This document shows positions 1 through 13,187 of a stretch of DNA of 64,000 bases, one piece after another. Numbering within the stretch: the stretch's first letter is position 1; each line of letters starts with the position of its first letter. Source of the stretch: Hydrolagus colliei (lineage: Eukaryota); the NCBI GenBank assembly GCA_035084275.1, contig CM068751.1, positions 2,108,001-2,172,000 on the forward strand, written 5' to 3'. The notes under the pieces were generated by a model. That model did no database searches and had not been told where the DNA came from. It worked only from the letters and a program-made list of their open reading frames with translations. Made by a program: the position numbers and the translations under genes.

Positions 1-697
1 TGCCTCTTACCACACTTGTGCACAGCTCTAGGTCAAACACAGCAACATACTGTATTCTGTATGTGAGTCAGTGTGGTTGCATCACAAAGATGTGATTGTT
101 GTGAAGTCAACTTGTCAGAGTGAGAATTATTTTGTGTAGTAACTGACTGCATTGCAGCCAAATCAGATAACAATCAAATTGATATAAAATTTCTCATATC
201 ATGGGAAAATTAGTATAGAGGAGGAGGGAGAAGCAAAGCCGACACCAATTGAATAGTGATATCATAATAAAAGCTAGAGCAACTGATGACTCTCTCCAGC
301 TCTGTTTACGCTTTATTTAATTCCACTGTGGCGAGAGATGACACTCAGTCTATCGTTGCCTCATAGAAGATAGCTAACATTAGCAACAGATCAAAAGCAA
401 ACGGTTTGACTGCAAGGAACAGTACGTGCTTGGGTATCACATTCATATAGACCAGTTTTGGACCATTCTGCATTGCTTTACTCTAACATTGGTATTGATG
501 ATACAATTCAATGACTTTGAGGTGGGGAGTCCCTGGAGGCCCATCTGTGAGCAATCATCCAGTTCTATCATGATTAGACATTAGTGGCCTATTTTATTTC
601 GCAACTGTCTTCGCTGAGTTTTAGGTATATGTGTACCTTTGAACTCGATCCCCTTGTAATTGGTAGTACCTTGGGAATGCTTGATATTCTCCTGATA

Positions 698-908
698 CAG
701 TAAAAACCTGTTTATCCGGCACCCTCGGGACCCGGCCAATGCCGGTTAAAGTGTGACTAATGTCTGAACATGTATTCGGCCAAAAACACCAAAAACAAAT
801 ACATTGTACCGGATAAATTCTGGTTAATAGAATGCGGACCTTTTTTTTGGGGTGCTGGTTATACAGAAGTTATGGTTGATCGGGTCATGGATAAAAGGGC
901 TTTTACTG
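698..908 (+). mobile_element. pogo/Tigger-type non-autonomous DNA transposon (MITE), short copy
   Basis: Terminal inverted repeats CAGTAAAAACCTGTTTATCC ... GGATAAAAGGGCTTTTACTG, preceded by TA; same termini as 14568-15268 and 42673-43627. Confidence 0.8.
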
Positions 909-3900
909 CAGTTAGAATTTCTGTAGCTCACCTTATACTGAGCAGAGGTCTGATGAATTCTAGGGATTTTTCTATTTTTCCTCCGATGTGAATTATAAGT
1001 GGAAATTTACCAGAGAACTAGGGCTGCAGATTCACCTCTTCTGTGATTTGCAAGAGATGATCACATCACACTATTAATAACAATCCTTGCAATTGACATA
1101 GCACCTGTAATGTCACGAATGTCTCAAAGCAGTTCATAATGTTTCTGTGAAGTGTAGAGATGTTTGTAGGCGAATACGTTAGTCGAGCTGTGGGTGGGTG
1201 AGACAAACATCCATTTAGTGAATATCCAATTTTATCCGGAGTCCAGGACACTAGAAGAAACTCTTCTTTTCTAACTGTGCCATGCGTCCACCTGAACAGA
1301 TAGCCATGACCGTTTTGTCTCAAAGGACAGCATTTCTGATGATGCGGTGGTTCCCTAGCCCTGTATTTGAATGTCAGCATAAACGATAATGGGATTGTGA
1401 AGGAGAATAACAAAGCCCAGGAATAGATACCCTCATTATTGTAGGTTACTCAGTCAGTATGGTTGATGATCTGTCAGTGGTGGCTTCAAATTATTCAGTG
1501 TTGTGTGACCTTGCAGTTATTTCCTTGTGTATGAGTATGTATCCGCTCTTTCCTCCCAAATGCCTTCCTTCTTCTGAAGGAGCTGCCTCTAGGGTATGTG
1601 CAATGTGTTCTCTGATACTTTGTCCAAGTGGCTATTTCATATTTCATGCGTGAGTCTAAAGTCCACGAGTCCAGTCCTGACCTTGCTCTATATCAGCTAA
1701 AACACATTTTTATAAACCCTAAAAGTACCTTGTCTGTCTGAATCACAACCTCAAGTCTTGTGTATACTCAAAAAGCTATCAGAAAAGCTGCAGTTATTTC
1801 ATAAGCATTTGCTTGTCAGACATGCATGTGGTATAAGGCTGGAGCATTTCTGGGGAACCTGGTCTGCAGACATCTTCTGTGATAGGTTAACATTATTGCT
1901 GGGGTTTCCTGCAAGACTGGCTCATTAAAACATTTGTACTTTCTAGAATTCTCTTCAACCTTTCTAACCCGGATTAATGTTCGGGTTAGAAAGTTAGAAA
2001 ATAATCTGTGTGCTTGAGCCCAGGTATATGTTTTGCTGCTCTGACTAGATTAGGCCTCCCCCCCCAACAGCCTCCGCTTCCTAACATGACACACTCACCA
2101 ACTCTGATTGACAAAACAATTATAACCAAGCCTCTTGGGGACCACCAAGGAGGGAGGGTCGTGCTTTTAATCAGAAATCAGAAAACGTTTGGTTGATCCT
2201 CTCCTTAAATTAAAATCTTAATAACCCAGTAATTTGAATTAATGAGAAATGAATTGGCCAAATCTCTAATATGGCTGCAGCTCCAGGAGATATTTTGAAC
2301 ACTGGTTGAATTAAGTGACTGTTTTCAGTGCGCGATATGTTACTTATTCAGTTATCTGTATCACGGGCCAGCCAGGGTTTACTAGTGTATTGGGTCCATG
2401 TTCAGCAGTAGATTTGCCATGTTGGCTGTAGGTTTAAAGTGCCAATATCTATTTCTGTTGGTCACCCTATTGGCATATTATGTATTCATGAGTTATATTT
2501 AAAGTATGCTTTTTGGCGACATGAATTCCCATATTTCTTGAAATGTGGCTTCAGATAATTACCATTGTAGATTGTGGCAGCTGCCCACTGTTTCAGCATT
2601 GGGACCCTGTCGAAGGTAGACCAGATGCAGAAGGGAACATTCATTATTCCAGATACACTTCTAATTACAACAACAAATTGCATGGAAAAAGTGGCTTTCG
2701 CATCAGGAGGACATCCCAAGTGCTGATACTAAAGTTACTCAGCTTGAGAGTATATCCTGTGAAGCTTTGATTGATGATTAAAGAGGAAAATTAAGTATTT
2801 CAACTCATTAAAAGATCATAAAACAGCTTGGGGTGTTGCATCACTTAGAATGGTGTTCATCGTATGCTGAATGAGCACCAGCATGGCTGCATTTAGTTTT
2901 TGTTAATTCAGCACTTGTGTGAGATGTGTGTGTGTCTCGCACGCTATTGGTACATGTCACCAATGTGTTGAAGAGTGCGTGAGACTGATCAAACTAAACA
3001 GCCATTTTACTCACTTATCCAATTAGATCATTATTTAATGTATCATCATCCTTTCGGCTACCACCCAAGCCATGCTCATAACATAAACCACACCGCCTGC
3101 ATAATGTGGGAAAATAAAGAAACTGATTAACTCTTTGGATTTGTGCAGAATTCACAATTTTGTAGCACTGGTAACTGGATATTCATCCTAAACCACCCAA
3201 CATGAACCTGCTGAAACATAACTACAGACTGATGCCATCGTAGTGGAGCTGCGGAGGGTTAGCAAGATGCCAGTTGTCAGCAGTATTCAATACATGCAAA
3301 TTCAGGTTCCAGGTGTTATGTTGTTGTTGCTATGTACTTATAATAATACAACTTATAAACACTACAGTGAGATCAAACACATCAGATTATTCTAAGCATT
3401 TAATCCCAATAACAAATATCATGGGTATTTTTCCCTCCTCAATTTTTCACTTTGTTCAGGTTTCCGCTGTTATTAAATCGCCAGTTATTGATTGATGTAG
3501 TGAGTATAGGGAGTATTCCATACCTGATATATGGTGTATTGATTAACCAATAATGCAGTGTATTGCATAAAGGTATAAGGCTTTATTATGCTTTACACAA
3601 GTGGTATTTTACCAGTCATGTGAGGATGTTCCTACTTCCTATCAATCACTTCCCCCTTAAATGCCTGCTGACAATGTGTTGCTGCCTCTGCAGCAACACA
3701 TGAATGACCACTTACCACTTGGAGTTACCAGAGAGCATATGTGAACCACAACCCAGGATGTGTCAGCACCTCCAGCAGTGAAGAGATGGCAAAAATAAAG
3801 ATTACTTAGCAACTGAGCTATACTGGGTGTGGGTCCACACATCCAGAGAGGAAACAGCTGTACCTTTCAGTGTTGCTTTGTATGATCAAGTCATTTGGGC

Positions 3901-5322
3901 CACATGGGTCAGCCTCGACAATACAAACAAAATCCCTGTGTTAGCATTTGCGATTGAGATGCTCTTGGGCATTTGTTCACAGCACACCACTTGTTCAATA
4001 TTGTTTTCATCGTCTGAACAACGCAGAGCGATAAGACCTTTTTGGCAATCAAGTCTGTGCACCTGTCTGTCAAAAGTGTGTAATGGCCCATTTTAATTAT
4101 AAGGTGTTAAAGCAGCAGGTTCTGCCTGAAGGGTTAGTGCACTGAAACCATCCTGCAACTGCCTGTTGGGAAAATTCCTGGAAAATGAGATAAAACTATT
4201 GCATTTGTACTTCATATCACCTAACAAAAGCTGCTCTGTTATTGAGGAGACAGGGCTGTCAAATAAAATTACTACATATGGAAGGAAAATGGAAAGGAAC
4301 CGTCTGCTCATGTTATCGGAGTGCCTATTGCTGATGTCTGTTGAGTAATGAAGCAGAAACCATGAAGTATGTAGCCAATGCTTTCCTAATCAGCCAAGCT
4401 GCCTTGGGTTTGGGAGAGAAACCTATGAAAGGGTTTGTTGTCCCTTTGTTTCTCTGTCTGTATTGGAGAGTTAGTAATCTGAACTTAATGGTTGAGACCA
4501 AGCAAACCATTCATATTTTCTACTTCATATCTGCCCAATTTGAGGTGAAGCCACGACTGTGTCAGGCACAGTTGCGTTCTCTTTTTATGAAAAAGACTAA
4601 AAATAGAAGTGTTTATACTCTAGTTCACCACAATAGGTAGTGACAGTTACAATAGACTGAATTGTGGGATAGCAGAGCTCACTGTAGAATGTAATGCTCA
4701 ACTTATTAATAACCACATCTTTTCTAGAAGCTGTCACTTACTGTAATGACATTGCAACAAAAGCTGCTTATTAACTTTCTGAAAATATTCATGTTTGCCT
4801 TTGCCACATCAATAACTGAAATGCAAATTAGACATCTGATTGATGGCTGCTTGATAAGGCTAGCTAGCCTCCCTTTTGTGTGCGTGTGTGCAGTGTGATG
4901 GCAAGTCAGAGCTGTGTTGGCAGATGTTGCTTGGAGATGGATGCCAGAATCAAGTACTCTGGAGGAAAGAGTTGATACACTTCTCGCTGCTGTTTTCCAG
5001 CAATAGATTGAAGACAAAAAGGAAAAGATTGATTTTCTGGAGGGAAGTGCCTCCAAAAAAAGGAAATTCTACAGATCGTAGCCAATCTCAGTGATGGTGG
5101 CACTCAACATAATGCCTCTGTTTTAGCTGTACCTTTCAGCAACAAGGTGTGAGGATTTTCCCTTGTGCGCTTACCCTGGCATCACTGCCTAGCAGGGATC
5201 GACATGAGTGGTGAGACAAAATAGCTTAGGTTTTATGTAATATAATAATAATCTTTACGTTTGATACAGTATGTTTCATATTAGGGCTGATGGCTCGAAG
5301 TGCTTCACAGAGTAAAATGTAT

Positions 5323-7085
5323 AACAACAACAAAATTACAATTGTATAGCGCCTTTCATGTCAGGAGGACGTCCCAAGGCACTCGACAGTCACTGTGTCA
5401 GACCTGAGCTGGGGACGTGGTGGGGTGGGAAGTGGGGGGATTAGGAGTTGCCAATGGGACAATTGAAGATGAGAATCTTGAGGCAGGACTTGAAGGAGGC
5501 CAGGGAGGGAGTGAGGCGGAGGGACTGCAGAATGAAGTTCCAGAGGTTGGAGACAAAGTGGCTGAATGCTCGCCCATCAATGGTAGGGCGGATGGGTCGG
5601 GGAAGTGGAGTAGGCCAGAACCTGCTGAGCGGAGGGGGCGGGCAGGTTGGTAAGGGGTTAGAAGGTCATGGATGTAGGGTGTGGCAAGATTGAGGAGGGC
5701 TTTGAATGTGAGGACCAGGATCTTGAATTGGATCCTCTGGATGATGGGGAGCCAATGGATTCGGGTGAGGATGGGGGAGATGGGGTCACAGAGTTTGGGA
5801 CGGTAGAGGACATGGGATGCAGAGTTCTGGATCATCTGTAGCCTGTGGAGGGAGGAATTGGGAAGGCCGACAAGCAGGGCATTTACAGAGTCAAACCGGG
5901 ATGTAATGAAGGCACGGATGAGGGTTTCAGAGGCTTTGGGGGTGAGATAGTGGCACAGTCGGGCAATGTTGCGGAGATGGGGAAAAGGCAGAGCGGGTGA
6001 TTGCTTGGATGTGGCTTGGAGAGGTCGAGTGAGCAACCATGGAGGTTGATGCTGTCAGCGCCTGATGTGTGGAGACGTTGGTGGGAGCCAATCAATAGGG
6101 CCTCTGTCTTATTGACATTCAACTGTAGAAAGTTAGCTCTCATCCAAGACTTGATGTCTGTCAAGACAGCAGTAGTCCTGGAGTCGAGGATAGAGGCAGG
6201 GAGATAAAGTTGGGTGCCATCCGTATACATATGGAAGTTAACCCCATGTCTGTGGATGATGTCACCAAGTGGGAGCATGTAGATGTTGAAAAGTAGGGGG
6301 CCAAGGACAGAGCCCTGGGGACAGGTGCCACAGGTGACACCGCGGGAGCTGGAATTGAAGTAGTTGGTGGTGACAAAGTGCAGACAATGAGAGAGGTAGG
6401 AGTCAAACCAGGCGAGGGCAGGTCAGCGGAGATTGAGGAGAGAGGAGAGGGCGTGTAGGAGGATGGAATGGTTGACAGTGTCAAAGGCGGCATAGACGTC
6501 AAGGAGGACACGGAGGCAAAGAGAGCCCTGGTCACAGATGTTTAGAATGTCATTAAGAGACTTTGACTAGGGCTGTCTCCATGCTATAGGTAGCACAGAA
6601 GGCAGGTTGAAGGAGTTCAAGGAGAGAGAGGCGAGAGAGAAAGGAAGGAAGCTGGGAAGCAACGACTCGTTACCTTGGAAAGGAATGGGAGGTTGGAGAT
6701 GGGACGATAGCTGAAAAGTAGGAATGGGTCCAGAGAAGGTTTTTTCAAGGTGGGGGTGGTGACAGCAGATTTCAGATTGGTGGGGACAGTGCCGATGGAT
6801 AGAAGGAGGTTGATGATATGTTAGGAGAGAGGTGAGGATGGGGTCAAGGGAGCAGGTAGCGGTTTCATTTTACAGAGGAGAGCAGAGAGGGCAGGGGGAG
6901 GGATAGGGTCGAAGGAATGTAGTGAGGGGTGGGAGGGAGGTGGATCCTGGGGTGGGGGAGGTAGTTGGGAGGTAGTGGAGGATGGGATAGAGGTGGCTGA
7001 ATGGATCCGCTCGATTTTTGATTCGAGGAAGTCCAGCATCTCCTTGCAGTTGGAGTTGGAGGATAGGATGGCTGAGTTGTGGAAG
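5323..7085 (-). mobile_element. L2-clade LINE, 5'-truncated, frameshifted RT
   Basis: Minus ORFs with L2 ORF2 motifs (HGVNFHMYTDGTQLY, LQLNVNKTEALLI, HWLPIIQRIQFKIL); (CAA)n tail at about 5323. Confidence 0.9.
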
Positions 7086-8254
7086 GGTGGGCCTTGGTGT
7101 GATCTAGTCAAATTTGCCAGTGGACCGTTATAAGTGTCATGACTGTATTTTGTACCCAAACACATCAGCCATTTCTCAAAAATTTAAACGACTGCTGAAG
7201 AGAAGAAAGCACTGGCTGTTGTGGGAGATATAATCTCCCAGGGCGCAGTCACCCTATTTCATAGAAGCTGTGGGGAATGATTTTTAAATGAATCCATATG
7301 TGGATTGATCTGTCTCTGCCTTATTCAATAAGCGACTGGAAGTGTCCATTTCCAAGTTGGTTACTGAGGAAATTTGCTGTAAGGTTGGATCAGTTCATGC
7401 AGGAAAAGAAAATTTCTACTCTGGTTTCTTGAGCTCTGGAAACTTATTGGCCAGATTTCCTGATCATTATCCCATGACTATAGTGGAAAATATCCATGTG
7501 TGGATATTGAATAATATGTCCTTCATGGACATAACTTACCCGTGGCTTACAAAGAAATGTTGGGCGAGGTACTGGAGAGCTCCCAATAATGTTGGAACCG
7601 ACTGAATCATAAACAGATCATTAAAAAAATTGCCCCATCGACAAGCCTACTACATAAGCATTGCACAACACAATGCACCTATACTAATTCCTGTTTTTCA
7701 TCCAATATGCTAATATTATTCTGGTAACAATATAGGGCATGCCAGTGACAATGGGCAATTAGAATAGAGATTGATTTGGGAACTAAATCAGCAAATGGTA
7801 CAAGTTCAGGCTCGTTGGACTAGATGTCAATAGCTCACTGTGCAACCTACTGAATGCATTTTTAACTGAGAGGTACTTTAACTCCGTGTTAACTATTCTA
7901 TTCTTCATTTTAATGGATTACTCTAAAACCTTTGAGTAAAAGGCATAAAAAATAGAAAGACAAGGGGAATGTGTGCTCCATCCCTGCCCAGTTCACATTG
8001 GCAGCTTGCATCTTGATGAATAGTTTCTGGAATTGGAGGTTGGGTCTTTCAGTGAAAAGAGCTATTAACAGAGAAACAAATCAAAGCAACAAAGTTTGTC
8101 ATTTATCATGCAGTTTACCATTACTAAGGTCCTTCAAAAAAATCCCAAATCAGATTGAGCACTGTAGCTTTGAATGACCATTGGATTGTGGACTGTGATT
8201 GTTCAATGGAGATGGTTCCTTTCAGAGTTTTCCATTCTATTTAATTTTCTTTAG

Positions 8255-8420
8255 GTGTCTGCAAGCCCAGAGTGCAAGAGAGCCATGATGAGATTGATGT
8301 ACTGTCCGCACTGCCGTAGCATGGCCTACATCAAGCCATGCAACAACTACTGCCTCAACATCATGAAGGGCTGTCTTGCCAACCAGGCTGACCTGGACAG
8401 TGAATGGAGAAACCTGATTG
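8255..8420 (+). CDS. GPC1: Glypican-1 internal exon (equivalent to human exon 4), 166 bp
   Basis: ttag|GTG...ATTG|gtagga; [55 protein letters not shown], glypican Cys pattern; phase 0-1. Confidence 0.95.
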
Positions 8421-8434
8421 GTAGGAGTCATACT

Positions 8435-8570
8435 AATAATAATAATCATTGCATTTGTTATAGTGCCTTATCACGTCTTCAAGACATCTCAAAACACTTC
8501 ACAGAATATATTGTAAAGTGAATTGACTTGTTATTTTGTGGGCGAAACGCAGCAATTGCACACAGCAGTA
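8435..8570 (-). mobile_element. SINE 3' fragment
   Basis: Matches the 3' half of the SINE family seen at 29169 and 40887. Confidence 0.7.
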
Positions 8571-8734
8571 AAGTACAACAACAGCAACAAAATTACATTT
8601 GTCGAGTGTCTTTCACATCGGGAGGATGTTCAGTTGTAAGTAGTTACAAGACTGGGTGAAAGAAGAGAATCCAAATGGTTTCAAAACTGTGATACATTTG
8701 AAACTTCAGCATTTGAGGGTTTCTTGCTGTCAGT

Positions 8735-9375
8735 TCCCCAGGACCTCACCCTGCACGCCATCGAAACACTCATTCATGCCTTTATCACTTCCAAGCTCAA
8801 CTACAAGAACTCTCTCCTCATCAGCCTTCCCAGCTCCTCCCTTCACAAGCTACAGATTATTCAGAACTCTGCAGCTCATGTACTCTCCACAACTAGGCTC
8901 AGAGTCCACATCACTCCCAACCTCGCCTGTCTCCACTGGCTCCCCATCCCCCAGAGGGTCAAATTCAAGATCCTTATCCTCACTTTCAAGGCCATTCACG
9001 GCCTTGCCCCCACCTATCTCTCTGACCTGCTGTCTCCCTGTCAGCCACCCGTCCCCTCTGTTTAGGAGACTCAGGCCTGCTCCGCGTCCATGGCCCAAAC
9101 CGCTCAACCATCGGTGGCCGGGCTTTCTGCCTCTCTGCTCCCACATTATGGAACTCTATCCTGCAGCCCCTCTGCCTCACTTCCTTCCTTTCCTCCTTCA
9201 AAGCCGGTCTCAAGACCTTCCTCTTTGACCGTGCTGAAACTCTTCCCACTCCCCTACTCTCCTTCCTCCTACCCCTCCCTTCCCTGCTTGGGTCCCGACC
9301 TAACTGTTCAGCGCCTTGGAACGTCCTCCCGACAGGAAAAGCGCTATACAAGTGTAATTTTGTTGTTGTTGTTGT
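8735..9375 (+). mobile_element. L2 LINE 3' fragment
   Basis: ETLIHAFITSKLNY...HWLPIPQRVKFKIL; 3' tail GCGCCTTGGAACGTCCTCCCGAC...(TTG)n. Confidence 0.9.
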
Positions 9376-10148
9376 TTCTTAATGTCAAATTATGACTATC
9401 CTGAAAAATCCATTGCCCATCGTGCTGCTGAGTCAGGGAGGATCCACATTTGACACTTGGGCTATTTTCAGTACAAAGAATAGGTGCTATCTCTGAGATA
9501 CATAATGCAATTTAAGTTAGTTGAGCTCACGACAACTCACAAATTGAGCACAACAATTACTTCCCATGTCTGGGGTTATTGAGAGAAAATCAGGTAAGTT
9601 TTCCATACTGACTTAGCCAGTGGCCCTTGTTTGTAGATACTGTATCTCATGAAGACGAGATTGAACTTGACATTTTGCCTTCCTTCATAGTTGAATAGCC
9701 TGCTGATAAACACTATCAAGGATCACACAAAGTGGTTTCTGAGGAAGGTACTCAGTGGACCTCATTTAATTCTTGTGTATCCTTAGGAGGGAATTTAATT
9801 GATGTGGAGAAATGGATTTTAAAGTATTAACGTCAAAATTGTTTTACATGTTCAAGTTTTAAAATAACCCAAACTCTATCCTTGCTTGAATCCCATACAA
9901 AATGACTTTCAGCAAGGTCCATTGCATAGCTATCAAACTCATTAACCCTGAATGACTTTTTTCCTTCAACCCAACCCAAGAGTGCTGAAACCAATTTTAG
10001 TATTTGCACCACTTTCCTGACTAGCATCAACTAACTCAATACATACTAGAGATTGAATATGGTACACATTGGACAGTACATTTATTATTCAACACTGAGT
10101 ATTTCTGCCCAGGGAATGTTGACTCTCATTTCTCTGTTTGATTTCCAG

Positions 10149-10279
10149 ATTCTATGATTCACGTCGCTGATAGGTTTGATGGACCATCAAATATGGAATC
10201 ATTTGTTGATGATATTGACCAGAAGATCTCAGCAGCAATACTAAACATGGAAAATAGATTTGAGCATATCTTATCAAAG
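10149..10279 (+). CDS. GPC1: Glypican-1 exon (human exon 5 equivalent), 131 bp
   Basis: ccag|AT...AAG|gtaaaa; (D)SMIHVADRFDGPSNMESFVDDIDQKISAAILNMENRFEHILSK; phase 1-0 fits the previous exon. Confidence 0.92.
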
Positions 10280-10999
10280 GTAAAATCTTATTTGAGTCAA
10301 ATTGGGTTGCAGTCATTTAACGGTGCAGTGAAATGTAATGCTTCAATTTCACTTCTAGAATTGGGACAGATAGGATGAGGGATTTCTCTTTCTGGTGTCC
10401 TATACAAAATGAGTTCCCAGTTTCTCTAGTGTAATTCCTGCCCTCACTTGAAGTTCACCCACATATCTGCAGAAGCACTGGGTGAAATTCAGGAGTCTTT
10501 TTCCTCTTCTCCGCATCCTCTTCCTGCTTTTCACCCACCATCCAGGTTCTCTGGGACACAGCTTAGATTGTCTAAACAAGCATCACTGCCCAGGGATAAA
10601 ACCTGGCACCTCTAGTGTAGCATTAATCAGTGAATATCACAGTGCAAGCTCTCCATGATATTCAATCTGTGACTCCAGTTTCTACAACAAAATCTGCAGG
10701 TGCCACAAAGGAGGTTGAAGGGAACAAGTATTAATAGATAGCAATCAGCTGTGGCTACGTGGCTACAGTCAATTACAATGTGATAGAAGAGATACCAGTT
10801 GATTAGAATCATAGAAATTTACAGTCGCAGGTTAAACTGCAGTAAGTTTGAACCTTCTGTGTTGCAGTCAGTTTGTAAGTACGGCATAGGCCCCGATACA
10901 CCTAGATAATGTGAAGGGGGGAAAGGATGTGGTTTTAAATATATCTCAGTACTAGAAATCACTTTGCTAGGGAGGAAGCTGAAAGTGATCTGATGAGGC

Positions 11000-11360
11000 A
11001 GCAGTAAACAAGGTAATTAGGATGCTAGGCTGATTTGCTAAATTAGTTGAGATCCCCAGAAATTGTACTTAAGCTCTCTAATGCTCTAGTCGGGACATAC
11101 TTAGAGAACTGTTTACACTTCTGGTCACCGAGACATAGTCACTGGCCAGGCTCAATAGAGCAATGAGGAAGATCCCCAGTATTAGACGCATGAACTGTCA
11201 CAATTAGACATGCTTGAGTTATTCAGTCTTGAAAGGAAACATTCAGAGAGGACCTTATAGGGGTAAACAAAAGTTAAAATGAGATTAATAAAGTGTACCA
11301 AGATAATATTTTCAGATGCAGTGAGACAGCACAATAATAGGATACAGGTTTACGGTTGCA
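11000..11360 (+). mobile_element. Old degraded CR1 LINE 3' fragment
   Basis: Residual CR1 RT C-terminal motifs (cttagagaactgtttacacttctggtcaccg, ttattcagtcttgaaagg). Confidence 0.55.
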
Positions 11361-12418
11361 AAATATTTAGCCAATATTTTCCAGACTTCTCATTTGTTTT
11401 GAAGAACTGTTAAACTGGTTTACCCATTTAAGTTGTTATTGTCTTTGGTGATTCCACTGAAAAGATTGATGGGAGTGAATATATATTTTACATAAATATG
11501 TTTGAGTTTTGGTTTACATCCAGCCTAATGCCTGGTTGCTTTTGCCTGAAATGATGTAATGTCAGTCCCAGTAGCAAAACAAAACAGGATTTCTACCTCC
11601 TATACCTCGCCCAATTGCGTGGAACTGAGGACAGCTCTGGTCGTGTAGGGAATAAGGACATGTGCACAACTTTGTCAATTCAAGTTATTTTGAAGAGCTA
11701 AGAGTGCAAACAACACTTTAATAACATGAACACATTCTCTTAAAAGCTCTTGCACAATGTGTTTGGTTTTTGAGCAGAGGCTAGATTGATTCATGCTTCA
11801 TGCATTGATTCTTGCGCAGGTTGTTATTCTGCAACCCTCTGAGACCTAAAAGTATTGGGTGTGGCTTCAGTAATTTGCAATGAAAGCACTGTATTGATGA
11901 CATACAAGTTAGCAAGCAAACCTCCCTTGATGGCTGAGTGGGTAAGGTATTACCCAAGGTCAAAAAGTTAGCCTTGTTATTAAAGTTGTCTCGACTTTAG
12001 ACACTACCATGATAGGAATTTAAAGGATGCACAATCTGCATTTATGTCCCACTTCAAAGAAAGCAGCTGATAATGTCAGTATAAATTTCCATTGCCATAT
12101 TAATCAGACCAAGATTGTTAAATTTGCCCCTGCATTCAATTCCTGTTGCACATTTCCAGCTATCAGTCTCATCTGAGTTCCAGCGATTTAAATGACAGTG
12201 CTTAAAAACATTTTATTTTTCCTCCATATTTTTCGAGGTGTTAAATATATTGGTAATTTCATCACGAACACTTTCAGATTTATCTCCGTGAAATATTACT
12301 TTAGTTTTATGTCAATTTTATTTTATACCCGTGCGGTAAAATAGTCCAGACTTGAAAAATCAGATTCCCTCAGTTTGTTAAACTGAAAACCTGCATCTTG
12401 TGGGGAATTTCTTTTTAG

Positions 12419-12550
12419 GTTCAGCAAGGCTGTGGGCATCTGAAATCCACAGCCGATCGATCACCTGGTGATAATTCCAAAAGGCGTTCAAAGCGACATT
12501 ACCCGGAAGACAAAATGGGCAGCTCAGTTGCCCCTCAGATGGACAGACTG
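12419..12550 (+). CDS. GPC1: Glypican-1 exon (human exon 6 equivalent), 132 bp
   Basis: tttag|GTT...CTG|gtaagt; VQQGCGHLKSTADRSPGDNSKRRSKRHYPEDKMGSSVAPQMDRL; conserved QGCG; phase 0-0; not in the ORF track. Confidence 0.92.
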
Positions 12551-13053
12551 GTAAGTGCAGCGTGCCTCATTCAGAATAAATAGTGTTTCAGCTGAAAATT
12601 TCCTCCCTCACTTTATCCTTTGTTCAGTGACACAATGCTGTGAAAACAACTATTTTATCTCCAAATGTAATTGTATACACAAGATATTTCAAGAAGAACA
12701 CTTGATTCAAGTCATCGATCCCCAATGAAGTAAGCCTGGAAAAATACTGTCAATGTCAGAATTAATATAAAAACCAGAATAAAAACTGGCCTTTTCTCTC
12801 ATTATGCCCACTCCTTTCACTGTATAATATACTTCATTGTGAATTTTACCCAAGTCATTTAATCTGCAGAAGCAACGTTCCAGACATTTCATTCTACCGA
12901 TTTATAAGGGAAACCGCATTGCTCAATAACTCTTGATTGATCAAGCTGCATTGAGCAAAGCAATTCTTCTTAAGGTTAAGTGTTTTGTTTATGGCAAATT
13001 AGGTTCCTTGAAGTTTAAATGGAGTGTTAAAGAGTTGTTTGTGTCCATGTTAG

Positions 13054-13187
13054 GTTGCTGAAGTGAAAGTGAAGCTCCAGAATGTCAAAGAATTCTGGAT
13101 TAATCTCCCGGGCAAGATGTGCAGTGAGAGAGTGACTGCAGGCTCCACCAATGAAGATGAATGTTGGAATGGACAGAACAGAGGGAG
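13054..13187 (+). CDS. GPC1: Glypican-1 exon (human exon 7 equivalent), 134 bp
   Basis: ttag|GTT...GGGAG|gtgaga; VAEVKVKLQNVKEFWINLPGKMCSERVTAGSTNEDECWNGQNRG(R); FWxxLP and CWNG motifs; phase 0-2. Confidence 0.94.

Noticed and set aside
9480-9760. Unique regulatory or ncRNA sequence (also 22900-23060 and 28960-29100)
   Set aside because: Looks like heavily decayed ancient SINE relics; too degraded to classify or bound
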